A stretch of 64,000 bases of DNA from Chrysomallon squamiferum (lineage: Eukaryota; Animalia; Mollusca), in the NCBI GenBank assembly GCA_012295275.1, contig CM022670.1, positions 37,696,001 to 37,760,000 of the forward strand. Reading direction: 5' to 3'. Shown here one piece after another: positions 1-23,833 of this stretch. The number at the start of each line of letters is the position of its first letter. Position 1 is the stretch's first letter. A program made the translations under genes and the position numbers. Under the pieces are notes generated by a model. That model saw only the letters and a list, made by a program, of their open reading frames with translations, searched no databases and was not told the origin of the DNA.

Positions 1-749
1 TAACTTCTTTGTTTTTAATTATTTTTCTAAAATGTTCTTTTATATAGCTGTGCGTGTGTTTGTTATGTTTGTGATAAAATTTGCTTCTTTGTAAATTGGG
101 AAGGAAATGCAAAGAACTTGTGTACATTTGCTTATTTCATTTAGTGATACACTAAAAAAATTAAAAATTAAAATTAAAATATCACTTCTTAAAAAGCAAA
201 AAAAGTAAATAAAATAATAATAATAAACAACACCCCCCAAAAACCCCATTCTCCAACAAAACAAAACACAAAAACAACCGACAACAAAACACAACAAATA
301 ACAATGGCGTAAATCTATTTTTAGCATTTATTCATTCACTGTATATTTAAATTACATCATTACATACCTGAAAATACTTACAAGTAGGTAAATAATCCCT
401 TTCAAAATCACTGCGTCTATCAGTTTTACCAAATCAACCAACCGTAACTGAAGCAATAATTAGGTGAAGTAACTGACAGCCAAACAAAATCGAAAGTTTT
501 AAAAATACACACTAATTAGTATGTGAAATGCCAAGCAGGAGTAATGTACAAAAAAAACAAACCTCGGTAAGTAAGGCTTCCAAAAAAAACAACTAAAAAG
601 AAAAAAAGCACAGCATGCATTAACTATGTATCACAATAAATAATAAAATTGTGAAAAATTTTACATCTACCAGTATCTTATAATTACTTTTTTTTTTTTT
701 TTTTTACACTGACAGCAATATAAAATAAATAAAAGAACATTTTTAAGCA

Positions 750-755
<6 letters not shown>

Positions 756-799
<44 letters not shown>
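756..799. repeat. (TA)n microsatellite
   Basis: Direct reading. Confidence 0.95.
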
Positions 800-803
<4 letters not shown>

Positions 804-2711
804 CATCTGAATTATGAAAATGCTTATGTAAGTACAGATAATAGTATGTTTAATCACTGTTTTGTTTTTAATCATAATTACGTTTAAATAAATTTTTAAT
901 ATAGAAAAATTATTTCTTATGTTTAGTGCTAAATAACTGTTTTTTTAATTACATATAATTTTTAATACAATAAAAAAATAAAAATATTTTATTACTGTAA
1001 TGCAAATTTTTTTGAAAATGGTACATTTAGATAAACTGTGTGTTATCATTATCAATGCTCTCCATATTCAAAAAAAAAAAAAAAAAAAAAAAATTAAAAA
1101 AAAAAAAAGAGTAATAAATTATTTCTATAAATCATTTTATCTTGAATATAAATAATAATCTTCACCTGTAAAAACTGTTTACACTGTAGGACTACAACAT
1201 TTATAAACACTAAATATAAAAAATATTTATCATGATCCTGAAACAATGAAATCTTCACATGGCTGCTGTATGATGATGATATGTCAGAAGCAAGCAGTTC
1301 AGTTTGAAAAACACTTTCAACATCAGCCTGTTCATTAAATTTTAAAGCTGGTTGTATATTAAGATCATCACGAGTTAGGTTTAGCAGATAAACAGAAAAA
1401 GGTTCCAGTCACATTAACACCCAAAGTTTCAAAAACTTCAAATATTAATAATGTCCAGATTTATGAAAATAAATAGTTTCTGACATTTTATATGTTTATT
1501 ATTATTTTTTTTGTTATTGATTGGAGTTTGAGGTAAGAAGATATTTCAGAAGTTTTTATGTAATTTTAAAAATTAGCTATATTTTAAATATCTGATGAAT
1601 TGATGTCTTAATGGATCTTAATGCCAATACCCCAGCATTATAAATGAATATAACCATAAATGTATAAGATTATAAATTTTGTTTTACTGTTGTTTTCTTA
1701 CATAAAACTCTGTGTATTACTTTCAGTGTTTAAACTAAACTTTAAAAGCTTTATGTAATTGGTGAATATAATTGTGCTAATTTTAAACATTTAACGTATG
1801 TAAATGAAATTTAAACACAAAGCAAAAACCATCAAATTAAATAAAATAAAATTTAAAAAAAACAAACAGTTTTAATTAGCCACTATGGCAATGCAAAAAA
1901 ACAAAACATTTAACCTGAAAAAAAAAAAAATATAAAAATTAATAATATTAATAAAAATAAAATTAAAAATTGAAGAGAACATTTTTACACATTGAAATAT
2001 TTACATTTTGTACATAAATATATCACAGAACAAACAAAATAATTTTTAAGACATAAATTTTCCTCTCACTTCTGGAGTGCATTCCCACAAAAATGTAATC
2101 CAGCCACTGTTACTGCACTGACAGACAGACAGACAATTTAAATGACTCCAAGTTTATAAAATTTCTTTATAAAAATTGAAAAAAAAAAAAAACCCAACCC
2201 ACTAAAGACCTTACGTTAAATACTTTAAACATTGCCGTTCTACACAGTAATAATTCAAAGGTGGAAAAGTGGTTTTGAATGACTCAAAATACCACTCAAA
2301 ATTATTTCAACTGCTTCCACGACTAAGTAATAATTAATTTAAATTTTGCATCTCACTGTTTTTTAGATTCTAAAATCTCAATAAAACTTCACAGTTAATC
2401 AAACTATCAAATACTGTTGACCTGTTGCCATGGTTATCTGGTATTTAATACAGTGTTCTTGGCCATCTCTGTTATTTGCTGCATCATAAAATAATTTACT
2501 GCCTGTTGCCTTGGTTATGCTACTATATTTATGCAGCATTTAAATTAATGTCTGAAAGATGGATTATTAAGATTACAAAATTTGTATCAAACAGAAGACA
2601 CAAGTTTTACTAATCGAGAATTTTATTCAGTACAGTTTCTATGAAATATATTGAATTCCTTTGTAATTTATTTATAGTCATGACTGTACTGTAGCTTTAG
2701 TGAGAATGTCT

Positions 2712-2714
<3 letters not shown>

Positions 2715-2754
<40 letters not shown>
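2715..2754. repeat. (TG)n microsatellite
   Basis: Direct reading. Confidence 0.95.
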
Positions 2755-2755
<1 letters not shown>

Positions 2756-3459
2756 AGTTCTCAAAAAGCCATTTCCATCTTTGCAGAGATCTGAAAAGTT
2801 CTGAGGTACAATAACAATATATCCTTTTTCATATACAAGTGAACTATCCATTTTCTGAAATCATCACTTACAGACATTTAAACATGTAATTAAAGCTATA
2901 AAATGTAGGTTATCAAAACATGGAGCCTGTAATAGGTTTAATCTTTGAAACAAAATAACTTAAATACACTCTGTAAATTTAGAGATAAATTAAAAATGTT
3001 TGACTTCAAACATGACCAGTAATTTAAACACCAGGATATTTGTTATCAGTATTCTAGGGTTACAAAGGTGTGTTAGGATAAATGTTAAAACAAACATTTA
3101 CCTGAGGATTGTTATCAAACAAAATACACTGAATAAACATTAGCATTATCTTTCATATAAAAAAAAAAATCATAATGAAGGACCAAGTGTTTATTATATA
3201 ATCAAACAACATTTGAGGTCATTATAGATCCATTTTAAGAATTCTTAGCACAGAAACAAAACAGAATTTATGCCCCCACCCCACATCTACACAGCCAGTC
3301 ATTTTGATTTATTAATTTATCTGCAAGATAAAGTTAATGTTTATTCACTGAGCAGTCTCTGTCATTAGGCAGCAGACTGTTTTAAGGAAATAACAGTTCA
3401 TTTTGTACGTTTTGCCAAAGTTAGCAGAATCTAGTGAATTCTGAAACCCTGAGCATTTC

Positions 3460-3860
3460 CACATACTGTAAGAATATATTAAATTAATACAATTAAATTA
3501 TATTATTATATTACCAAAATTATTATAATTATATCATACTATCAGATTATCAAAAATTATTATAATTAAATCATACTGTAAGAATATCTTGTATTAATAT
3601 AATTAAATTATACAGTGAGAATATTTTAAATTAAAACCATTAAATCATACTATTATATTATATTATCAAAAATTATTATAATTAAATCATACTGCAAGAA
3701 TAACTTAAATTAATACAATTAAATGTTACTATTATATTATCAAAAATTATTATACTTAAATCATACTATGGGAAAATCTAAAATTAAAATATTTAAATCA
3801 CACAATGAAAATATCTAAAATTAAAACATTAAATCAGACTATGAAAATAACTAAAATTAA
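3460..3860. repeat. Degenerate AT-rich minisatellite (~30-35 bp units)
   Basis: Recurring ATTAAATCATACT and TATCAAAAATTATTATA. Confidence 0.75.
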
Positions 3861-5082
3861 TCTCATTATATGACTGTATTATTTAATAATACAGCTATTA
3901 AATGATGAATAAAATTCAATTCTTTTTTTTTTTTAATTTAAACTCTATTAATGCTTTTGTTTACTTTTCCTCTGGTAGACCAGCTTAATGCAGCTAACAT
4001 ATAAAAGATTGGCAGAGAGATGACTTAGAGAAACATCAAATAAATATAGGGATAACAGCACATTACTGTAATGAAAAGCAGTTAGTCATTTACTGTTGTA
4101 TAATTTTACACACACACACACACACACAAACATAAGTACAGTAATAAACAAAACTAATATTGAAAATACATCAGTTCAAACTTACATTTAGCAAAACAGA
4201 ACAAGATAAAGAAAAACGTAAGTAATAAAACAACAATAATAATAATAATAATTGTTATTATTGCAAAAATATTTTTAATACCGAATAACGACAATGACAA
4301 AAATAAGCAATAAATGTAAAAAATAAAGGACAGACAAGTCAGAAATACTGTTAACAAAATAAGAAATGAAAATGTATTTTGAACTAATGGCAGGAGCAAA
4401 CAGTGGCCATGTAACAATGTGTCAAGGATCTCATTATACTTTAACCTCAGTGAATAATGGAAGCCCTCAAGGCATGTAATTAATTATTGCTTGGAAGTGG
4501 TAAAATAGTTTATCATCCAAAATTATAATTAAATAATAAAATTATCTTTTTTCTTATTAAGTTACATCTGCAATTTTCATTTTGGCATCTATAACATTAT
4601 TAATATTTTACAAAGATGGCTGAAACAGAAAATATGTTTGTGAAAACTGAAATAAAATTATAATTAAATAATATATTTTCTTGTTAGTTACAGTAGCAAT
4701 TTTAACTTTTGGTAACTAAAACATGCATATGGTGCACAGATTGTCATTTTTTTTAAAAGATGGGTGAAATAACAATATGTTTGTGAAAATTCAACTAAAA
4801 GTTATTTAATACAATTGCAATAATATATATATTTTTTTAATTATACATCAGAACTCAGATAAAATGGCATGTTACAGTAATATTTACATCAGGCAGAAAT
4901 TTAAAAAATAATAAATAAATAAAAATCTTAACTTAAACATTTACGACACTGGCTTAATCTGAATCGTTTTTATTCCCAACACAATTTTATTATCATTTCA
5001 CTGATCATAAAACAAATCTGGAGCTCAACAGTTACAACATCAGCGTGAAATGAGTGGGACAAAATATTTATCCTACTTGAAT

Positions 5083-5235
5083 TGTGTTATTTCCAGTTCC
5101 ACTACGAGCTTCATAACTGGCTTGTCAAAGAACAGATAAATGTTCTCCTGCCCGTGGGAAGGTAGCTGCATACGATTCCTTGCAGCTAATCAACAACATC
5201 AGCCCACGATAAGTCAGCTATGGATTTCTTTTCTC
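5083..5235 (+). mobile_element. Decayed SINE-family fragment
   Basis: Shares the ordered core TATTTC..TTCC...ACTGG..TCAAAG...CTG..TGGGAAG...GATTCCTTGC.GCTAATC with the other copies. Confidence 0.4.
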
Positions 5236-6207
5236 ATTCCACAGTTTAATATATATATATTAACTGATCCTTAATTACTTTTAAGTCTTTAAATATTATT
5301 TCATTCACTCTTTATAATATTATTCAAGTGCTTCAAGAAATATATTTGTTAGGCAACAACTATTATGGAGGTGACCTCTTAACGCAGGTCTTTCAAAAAA
5401 ATGCTGAAGGCACAATCATGTCCGCCTGACTATAGTAATTAAAAGAATCAACTTTAATAATGTTTACAAATATTCACCAATCCACCAGACACAAGATATA
5501 AAATTTATACAATACACCGTCATGTCGTTAAAAAATAAAATTTTCTCCCGACATTTTGATATTTTCCTCATTAAAATGTTCATGCTCAGTTTATCTGTTA
5601 AATATATACCAGAATAAATTAACATAAAAAAAAAATAATAATAAAAATAGAAATAAAAATAAAAATAAAAATAAAAATAAAAATAAAATAAAATAACCTC
5701 ATTTATTTAAACTTTTGATTTTTAAATGAAAACTAGCAAATATTATCATCTCTGCTATATAGTGTAATATTTTTGTTATTATTACTACTACTACTACTAT
5801 TATTATTATTTTGTTTTCTCAATATCTGTAAATCATAAAATATTGTAACTAATTTAGAAAGGTCATACAGAACATTAAAGCTTCATGATTAAATTTAAAA
5901 TATTTAACAAACAACAATAGTTAGTAAACAGTGAACAGTAATGTTTGTACCAAAATTAAAATGGTAATAAGCAACATTAGCTATGTTTGCAGCTGGAGAT
6001 AATGTAATCTGAATAACATCAGTGCCTGTATCAGTGTGTATAATTTGCTATTTTCAGATTTTAAATATAATTATTTAAATATGATACCTGGAAGAACATG
6101 TTTAAATACTGGTTAATGAAAATAATGCCCATTTCCCTCATAAAATGTACAAACCCCAAAAAAAAAAAAACAATAATAATTAAAAAAAAAAAAAAAAAAA
6201 ATAAATA

Positions 6208-6239
<32 letters not shown>

Positions 6240-7828
6240 TAATAATCTCTGTTTTTTGACAATTTCAGTTTGTTATATCAAGAAAAAAAAAATTCTATGA
6301 ATTATAACCAAATTAGGTTAGGTGCTCATTGGTATCCACACATCATTAATAGTACTGATGGAAGCTAAATAAATAAACTTAGTAAAATTACAAAAAAAAC
6401 AACAATAAAAATATTTGTTTTTAAAATTACATCCCTACCTATGATAAATCAATGCATTAGTACATAATTTGTTAATTAAAAATAAATATTGGATTAGGAA
6501 AATGAAAGGTCATTGTGAAATTTTAAATCTGTACACTATTAACCTACACATTACTTTCTGACTGGTGTCAGAGTAAACATGATAATTTGTTAAATTGTGA
6601 AAAAGTGCATTGTTCTATAATGTCAGTGCTATTGTGTTGATTGTTTAGACTAGATAACTGTTTTGTTCATACTTTCCATTAGTTCCTATAGTGTTTGTAA
6701 GACAATGAAATCAAACTGGTTAATGGTTTATATATCCAATTAATAATACATATATAAACAAGCAAAAAAAAAAAAAAAAAAAAAAAATAATAATAATAAA
6801 AAAAAAAAAAAAAAAAAGAATAATAAACAATTAAAAAAATAAAAAAAATAAAACATGTCAATGCCAGCATGTAACATGTTTTAATTCAGATTTTCATTTT
6901 TAATAGCATCTTTGTTAATTATGTGATATATTGAATCACCATGGTCAAATATTAAATACACAGTCTGGAGTTAGAATGGAGAAAAAAAACAAAACAAAAA
7001 AAACATACACACCTCAAAAACCTGCATACACCATTACCCCCAACCCCCCACCCCCCTAAAAAAAACCCAACAAAACAAACCAATCAAAAATGCCTCTATT
7101 TATAAAAGTTAACAACAAGGAGTTTTCAATTCAGAATCCCTAAAACAACACAAAACAAATAAATCAAAATAATGACGATAACAATAATAATAACTGAAGA
7201 TAGAATTAATCTCAAACTATAAGTGTAAGGCAAATGCCCAAACAGATCATATAAATTTAACATTCCTTAATAAAGAAAAAATTATTTTATCATTGTTATA
7301 GACCAACAACAGAAACAGGTATGTAGGTAGGTAAGGGAAAAAAAACATGTTAAGTTTTGCATACTTTTTATCACAAATGAAACAAAAAATAAACAAATTA
7401 TTCATTTGTCCACTAAAAAAATCAAAATTAGAAGAAACTTAAAATGAAATTACCTTCAAATAAAATCTTAATTAAAAAATATACATATATATATAAAATA
7501 AAGTATCGACTTAAGTATTTTTCTGAGTACACAATAAAGAGACATAGCCAATCAGTCTGATACAGTTATGTTATTAACAGAAATGATAGCCATTGTTCTG
7601 TTTCAAAACAGTCATTTAACAAACATCATCTTTTTAATGTGGCCATTTGTAAATCTAACAATGTTGGAAGAAAAGAAATTACTCTTCATCCAATCAAAAG
7701 TTTACTAAACAATATACAAGATTCCAGAGTTTGCTCATTAATTTCTTACACATTACAAAATGTTAAACAACAAACAATTTAATCCTTGCATTCGGACATT
7801 TCATTTTACTAATAGTACAAACATTACA

Positions 7829-7985
7829 GTAAGTATCATTTCCGTAATAACACAAGTCAGTATTATATCCATAATAACACATGTCAGTATTATATCCAGA
7901 GAAACACAAGTCATTATCATATCCATAATAATACAATCTATTTTCATCTCAGTGATAATACAAACCATTATCATATATCCATATT
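7829..7985. repeat. 27-bp degenerate minisatellite downstream of the PCMTD stop
   Basis: About six units of AAGTCAGTATTATATCCATAATAACAC. Confidence 0.75.
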
Positions 7986-8488
7986 ACAAAATGTAATATT
8001 ACAATAACCACAGCCTTTTGCACTTTCTTGCGATTTGAAATCTCTTAACCAACCAGTCACATACGCATATTAAACCAAATTCAACTCTTTTGCATTATCC
8101 AGCGAATGATATTTTCCAAAAGAAATATCATAACATGCCCATCATCCTGAAGTCAGTTTTAAATATTAAACACACTGTGACAGATATTACAGAATGTAAT
8201 ATTATAAAACAACATGTTCACTGTCAAATATTACAAAATATAACACACCAACATTCTGACTTAAGACGTATTACATGCTGTAATATTGGGAAACGTTAAC
8301 AAGTTGACAGACATATTACAAAAGGTAATATTGTAACCTTAAAAAGTGTTCACTGTCACAATATGAAAATATAACAATAAAAACATGCCCACCGTAATAT
8401 TATATTATTATATTAACATGTTTTTCTGTCATAAATCAACATAAATGTAACAACAAAAAAAATGACATGTTCTAGTCAGAAATTTCAC

Positions 8489-8521
<33 letters not shown>

Positions 8522-8535
8522 CATGATTAACTCTG

Positions 8536-18478
<9,943 letters not shown>

Positions 18479-19337
18479 CTAATCTTCAACAAATAAATAC
18501 ATTAAAAATAAAGAGTTAATATATAAATAAAAATTTATATAAATACATTTTAAAAATAACATTAACCATTAATAATCTTTGTACTAAAAATAAAAGGTAG
18601 AGTAGTAAAAATAAAATAAAATCTGAATATATATTTACTTTTTTTTAATTTTTTTTATTATTACATGTTTTTGTTATTTGATTTGATTTTGTTTTGTTTT
18701 TCATAACACAACATTATCTAGAGTAAATTAATATAAAGATTATTATTATTGTTGTTATTAATATTATTTAAATTTCTTGTAATATTTGCGTGGATAATAT
18801 TCATTAAATGGCATAAATATTTTGTTCATATTCCCTCATATTTTGATTCTTTTCAGGTTAAAAGTGTTAGAGATTGCTGCAAAACAAATGATCATTGTAT
18901 TAATTGTACTATTAACTACCAAGATTTAAATCTTCAAACTAAGATGATTAATGGCTTGGCTTAATAAGAATGTTGGCCCACTTTTTGACGAATACAAAGA
19001 ACTTTTAAAAAGATACAGTTCCGACTTTTTGTACAACTACGGCATATTAGGTTTCTTTTTACCGTTAAAAACTTACTGGCATTTACAAAAAGTAATTTCA
19101 TGTAAACTTAATAACTTCATGACATCGTGACAATTTTTTTTCTTGTATGCAAATTGTGATCTGGATGACCGTGAAAATGTTCCGTCGAAAATTTCGTCCA
19201 TATTCGATAAAAAAAATCTTTGGTCTGTCAGACTGGATATATATTTGACGATCATTAACAACCGCATGACAGCTATATGAATGCCTCTAACATATAAAGA
19301 AATTAACAAAATATGATTTTTAAACTCTTTTGTTCAC

Positions 19338-19803
19338 CTTTGTTTCCTGCAACTCAACTTGTCAGTCAGTATGTCAAAATCAGCTCAGCTGTGAACCAAA
19401 ACAACAACACCATATGACGTCACTACACTGGTGCGCTACTTTCAGTCCAGTGAATAAAAAGCTGTGTCGGAAAATACCAGTCAATGTTATTATAATTTTC
19501 TAAAAATAGATATAAATTAAAATTCATTAAATATATTATGCAACAGACAGAATCGTAAAAGTAACATTAAGAAATCAAGGAAATAAAATGAAGTGAGTTT
19601 TATTCTGTTTATTTTCAAAAACAGAATTTATTTGATTAAATGTTACCACGAAATGGAAGAGCCATTCGGCAAATGTGTTTACCTCCAGCGGAGAAGGTAC
19701 TACAGCTTTTGGGTCAAAACGCACGTACGGAAAGTATCGACAATTTACGACCGTATGCGAACCGATCTTGTTAAATGGCGTTCGTGTGAATGTTGGATCG
19801 AGG
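19338..19803. promoter_or_regulatory. Probable bidirectional promoter with non-coding first exons of PCMTD (-) and L3MBTL (+)
   Basis: Local CpG enrichment; CRE TGACGTCA at 19415-19422; YY1-type AAATGGCG at 19773-19780; plus-strand donor G|GTAAGA at 19803/19804; candidate minus-strand donor AAG|GTGAAC at 19338/19337. Confidence 0.6.
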
Positions 19804-21831
19804 GTAAGAATTTTAATTTATTTGATCCGAAATTAGAAGTTCATAATAAAAAGTTATATTCCAAATAATACATTGTAATTTGTTCTTCACTTTGAATAAG
19901 CTGTCGATAAATTTTAAAATAGTTTTAGCGACATTTTTAAATGTTAAATGCAATCAAATGGGAAGTTTTTATTTCTGGTTTGCGCACTAGGCATACGACC
20001 TTTCTATATATTTTTGTTTAAATCATTTAATAGGTTTTATGACGCATAAAAAACAATAATACAATACTTCTGTTTTATTATAATAATTATTTGAAAATAG
20101 CTGAACTTGTATTTCTTTTTTTTTCATAAGTTTTTTCCATGGTCATATACAATGTAAAGTGTATCGCCACAGCATAATCTGCGATAATTTTGATACCAAA
20201 ACGAGGCTGTTGGCAACAGCTATTGACTTTTATGGTTTTTAGTAATTTCGACTACAGCAATTAATACGAGGTAATTTCTCTGGAAAAAACAACTTAATAA
20301 TCAATATTAAATTTTATTATTTACAGTTTTAATATGTTTTTCTTTATAATACTAATATTTTATGAGTTTATTTATAATAACATTGCTCCGCCATTGCTTT
20401 GCTGGGGGACGTCACATGTTACACTGCCGCACATAGCGCGTCTACGATTTAATAACTAAAAAACTTAATAAACAAATGTAAACTTATTAATAGATTTTAG
20501 GATTATTTGTTTTTAATAAAATAATTTAATTTTCGTATTTATTTATTTGTTTATTTCCAAATTTCGGTTTTAACTTTACAGTTATGGTTTTCATTTTTCA
20601 AATGAACAATTAATATCACTAATGACCTATTTCTTGTTTTTGTTTATTATTAATTGTTTTTTTCATAAACATTGTTAAATTAAATTTAAAATAATACACA
20701 AAAGGATATTTAAAACATTTTCTTTTTTTCTTCTTTCTAATTAATTGTATCAACATGCAAAATTGTTAGATTATAACTTATTTTCAAAACCCAAACAAAA
20801 ATTGAAATTTTTAAAATTCAGTAACACAAAGTAAATATTAAATTTTAAATATGAAAATTTGTTTTTGTTTTTTACTTTGATGTTTACCCATTATTTTAAT
20901 TTATTAAATTGAATGTATGATCTTGCATTAAAATATTTAGTTATAAACATTTTAAATATTCCATTACAAAGTCATAGATGTGACATTTTGTTTTGACAGC
21001 ATTTGTTGAACTAAAAAAAATAGAATTTTGAATTATTTACAGTATGTATTAAAAACAATATGTTATGAACAGTATATGAAGTAAAATTTAGCAGATGTAG
21101 CAAAACTTTATTATATAAAACTACTTTAATAATAATTTAAAAAAAACCCAACAAAAAAAAAAAAAAAAAATGAAGAAAAGTAACAACTGTGAAAAGGTTT
21201 TTAAAACAAATCATATACATTATTTTTTTTATTATATATATTGCAACCCAGAATTAAATTTAAGGTTTTGTTTAACTTACTGTAAAATAAAATGTGTTTC
21301 TTTCAGTCAAATATTTTTTATTAAACTTTGTAATATTTGAAAAATATTTTGAGAGTTTTTTTCAGCTTTGCATATTCAAATGAATCAGAAGAAATTTTGC
21401 AGAGAAATAACAAAAAATAAAGGGGAAAAAACTAAATAGCATTTGTCTTATTTTTGGATATTGGTGTTCAACATTCTAAACATTTTTAAATATGTGTCAA
21501 AATATTTAATTTAGTATGTTGATAATTTACATATCCTGCTTGAGCAATTAGCATCAAGAGTTTTATATACACACACACACACACACACATACAGATATAT
21601 ACATATTTCATTACTGATAATTATCATAATAATTTTTTAATTTAATTAATATATATATATATATATATATATATTTATTGCAGGTTAGGAAAAAAAGGTG
21701 AGATTAAGATCTTGACAATTCTGATCTTAATAATAATAGTAATTTTGAATGGTAATAATGTTTAATATTTAATATTAATATGCATTAATTAATAATAATA
21801 TATATCACTTCATATTTAATTTAATTTAACA

Positions 21832-21870
<39 letters not shown>

Positions 21871-23833
21871 AATTCTAAGCAACAAATTCTAAGCAACAAA
21901 TTAAATATTTTCGTAACAATGTCATAATTTTAGATTTTAAGATTTTGATGGAAAAAATGCATTAATGCTAAACAACCCCAGCAGAAAATAATCATGATTG
22001 TGTAATGCTTAAAATACTTCTTTCAATACCCTTTTGAAGACATGGGTCAAGTTTACTCATATATATTTGTGATTACCCATAGGCAGCTCTGCATATCTTA
22101 GCAAGCAAACACATAAAGATGGGAATGATATCAGTTTCAGAATATTTATATTTACATAACTCAGAATTACCAAAATATGCCTTAATCCCCAAGTCAGTAT
22201 TATTAAAATTTGTTAAATTTGTCATAATATGAAATTTATTCCTAAAGAAAACATGTTTGTTAGTATTTATCAATTTAAAAAAATATATATATATATATTA
22301 AATAAAATTTAAAAACAATCCATTTTAGATATGTGTTTTTTATGACTCTTAATAAATGCTTCATTAAACAAGGTGTTTTCTTTGTTTTTTTAAAACCAAT
22401 AATTTGTGATATGTAGAGATAAATTTCAGTAAATTTTAAAAACTTCAAATGAGTTTGTTGAATAAACTAGGCATTTTGATTTAAACTTAAAAGAAATAAA
22501 AAAATCTTAAAAAATTAAGATTTTTTTAAAAATTTCAATAACATTTTGAAAATGAGAGAAAAATTTAATAGTGTTGCAGTACATTATAGTTTAATCTTTT
22601 TCTTTTTTAATGACAGCTGTTATGGGAAATTTAATTATACAAGCAAATTAATTGGTTTTTTAATACTAAAAGTAACTATCTTATAACAATTAGATTTATT
22701 TTAAAATAGTTTAAAAAATATATATATTAATAGAAAATAAAAATATATAATAATAACAAAAATAATAATAATAAAATGTAAGAGAAAATACTCTTATAAC
22801 TTTACCATAACAATTTGTGTAACCATTTAATACTAAATAATTAAAAAAATAACTCACAAAACAATAATGAAAAAATACTAGTATGATCTCTTAGCATGAC
22901 ATTTCATGTGATCTTTAAATTTAGAAGAAAAAGTGGATATTGTATATTTAAAATAAAAAAAAAATTAAAATTTATAAGTAAAAAAACTAAAATTATAAGT
23001 AGTTATAAACTCTGTTATTTATTAAACAAGTAATTTCTGAATGTTAATATCAAAAGAAATTAATGAAAGCAAAAATAAAGTATATAAAAGAGAGAATAAA
23101 ATAAATACATAATATTATAATTTATTTGTTGTATAATTTGTTAAACTTGCTTGCTGTTTTACCTGAACATTTATTTTGAATGCAATAACTGTTACTAATT
23201 ACAAAAAGAAGTAGATAAAATAAGGTTCTAAAAAAACGTCTTTACTTAGTAAGCAGCAACACTATAGTATTGAAATACAGTAAAGGTCACCAGTGTTTAC
23301 AACTCTAAAATATTCCATGTATTTATTACACAATTTCATAAGGAATTTGTTTACCACTTACAAATTTGACTAAATAAAAAATACCTAATGAACTGCAGGA
23401 ATTTAGAATTTTTTGGTTTAAAAATGTTTTTTTTTTTTAATTCAGTTCATGTTACTATTATTCAGCTCAGTATGAATTTGCATCAGTGTTTATCAGATTT
23501 TGTTTGATTTTGTAACGTTCCTTGGCATTTTATATGAATTTTACAGAAGACAAGAAAATATATTTCACAGCCATAGAATAATGGCTATAAAGGTAAACAG
23601 CCCAATATTGGCATCAAGTGTGATTGATTCTAATTCATTGCTCATCATGCACAGTGCTTTTCCCATTTTATTTCAGTCTGATGCCATCTTAAAGAGAATT
23701 TAAAATAATTTTTTTTTTTTTTTTAAATTACCTCTGATAAAATGTTTTTTTTTGTTTGATGCAGATTTATGGTTTCATTTCAATCTTTTTCAGATTTATT
23801 TTCAGTTCAGACAGTAGTAGAGCTGTTGTCATA

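Noticed and set aside
1140-1410. Stop-free minus-strand stretch (…LTRDDLNIQPALKFNEQADVESVF…)
   Set aside because: No convincing splice sites, start codon or homology; decays into low-complexity sequence
40-7000. Short F/I/Y/K-rich ORFs here and across the window
   Set aside because: Products of poly-A/T and microsatellite runs, with no coding signal
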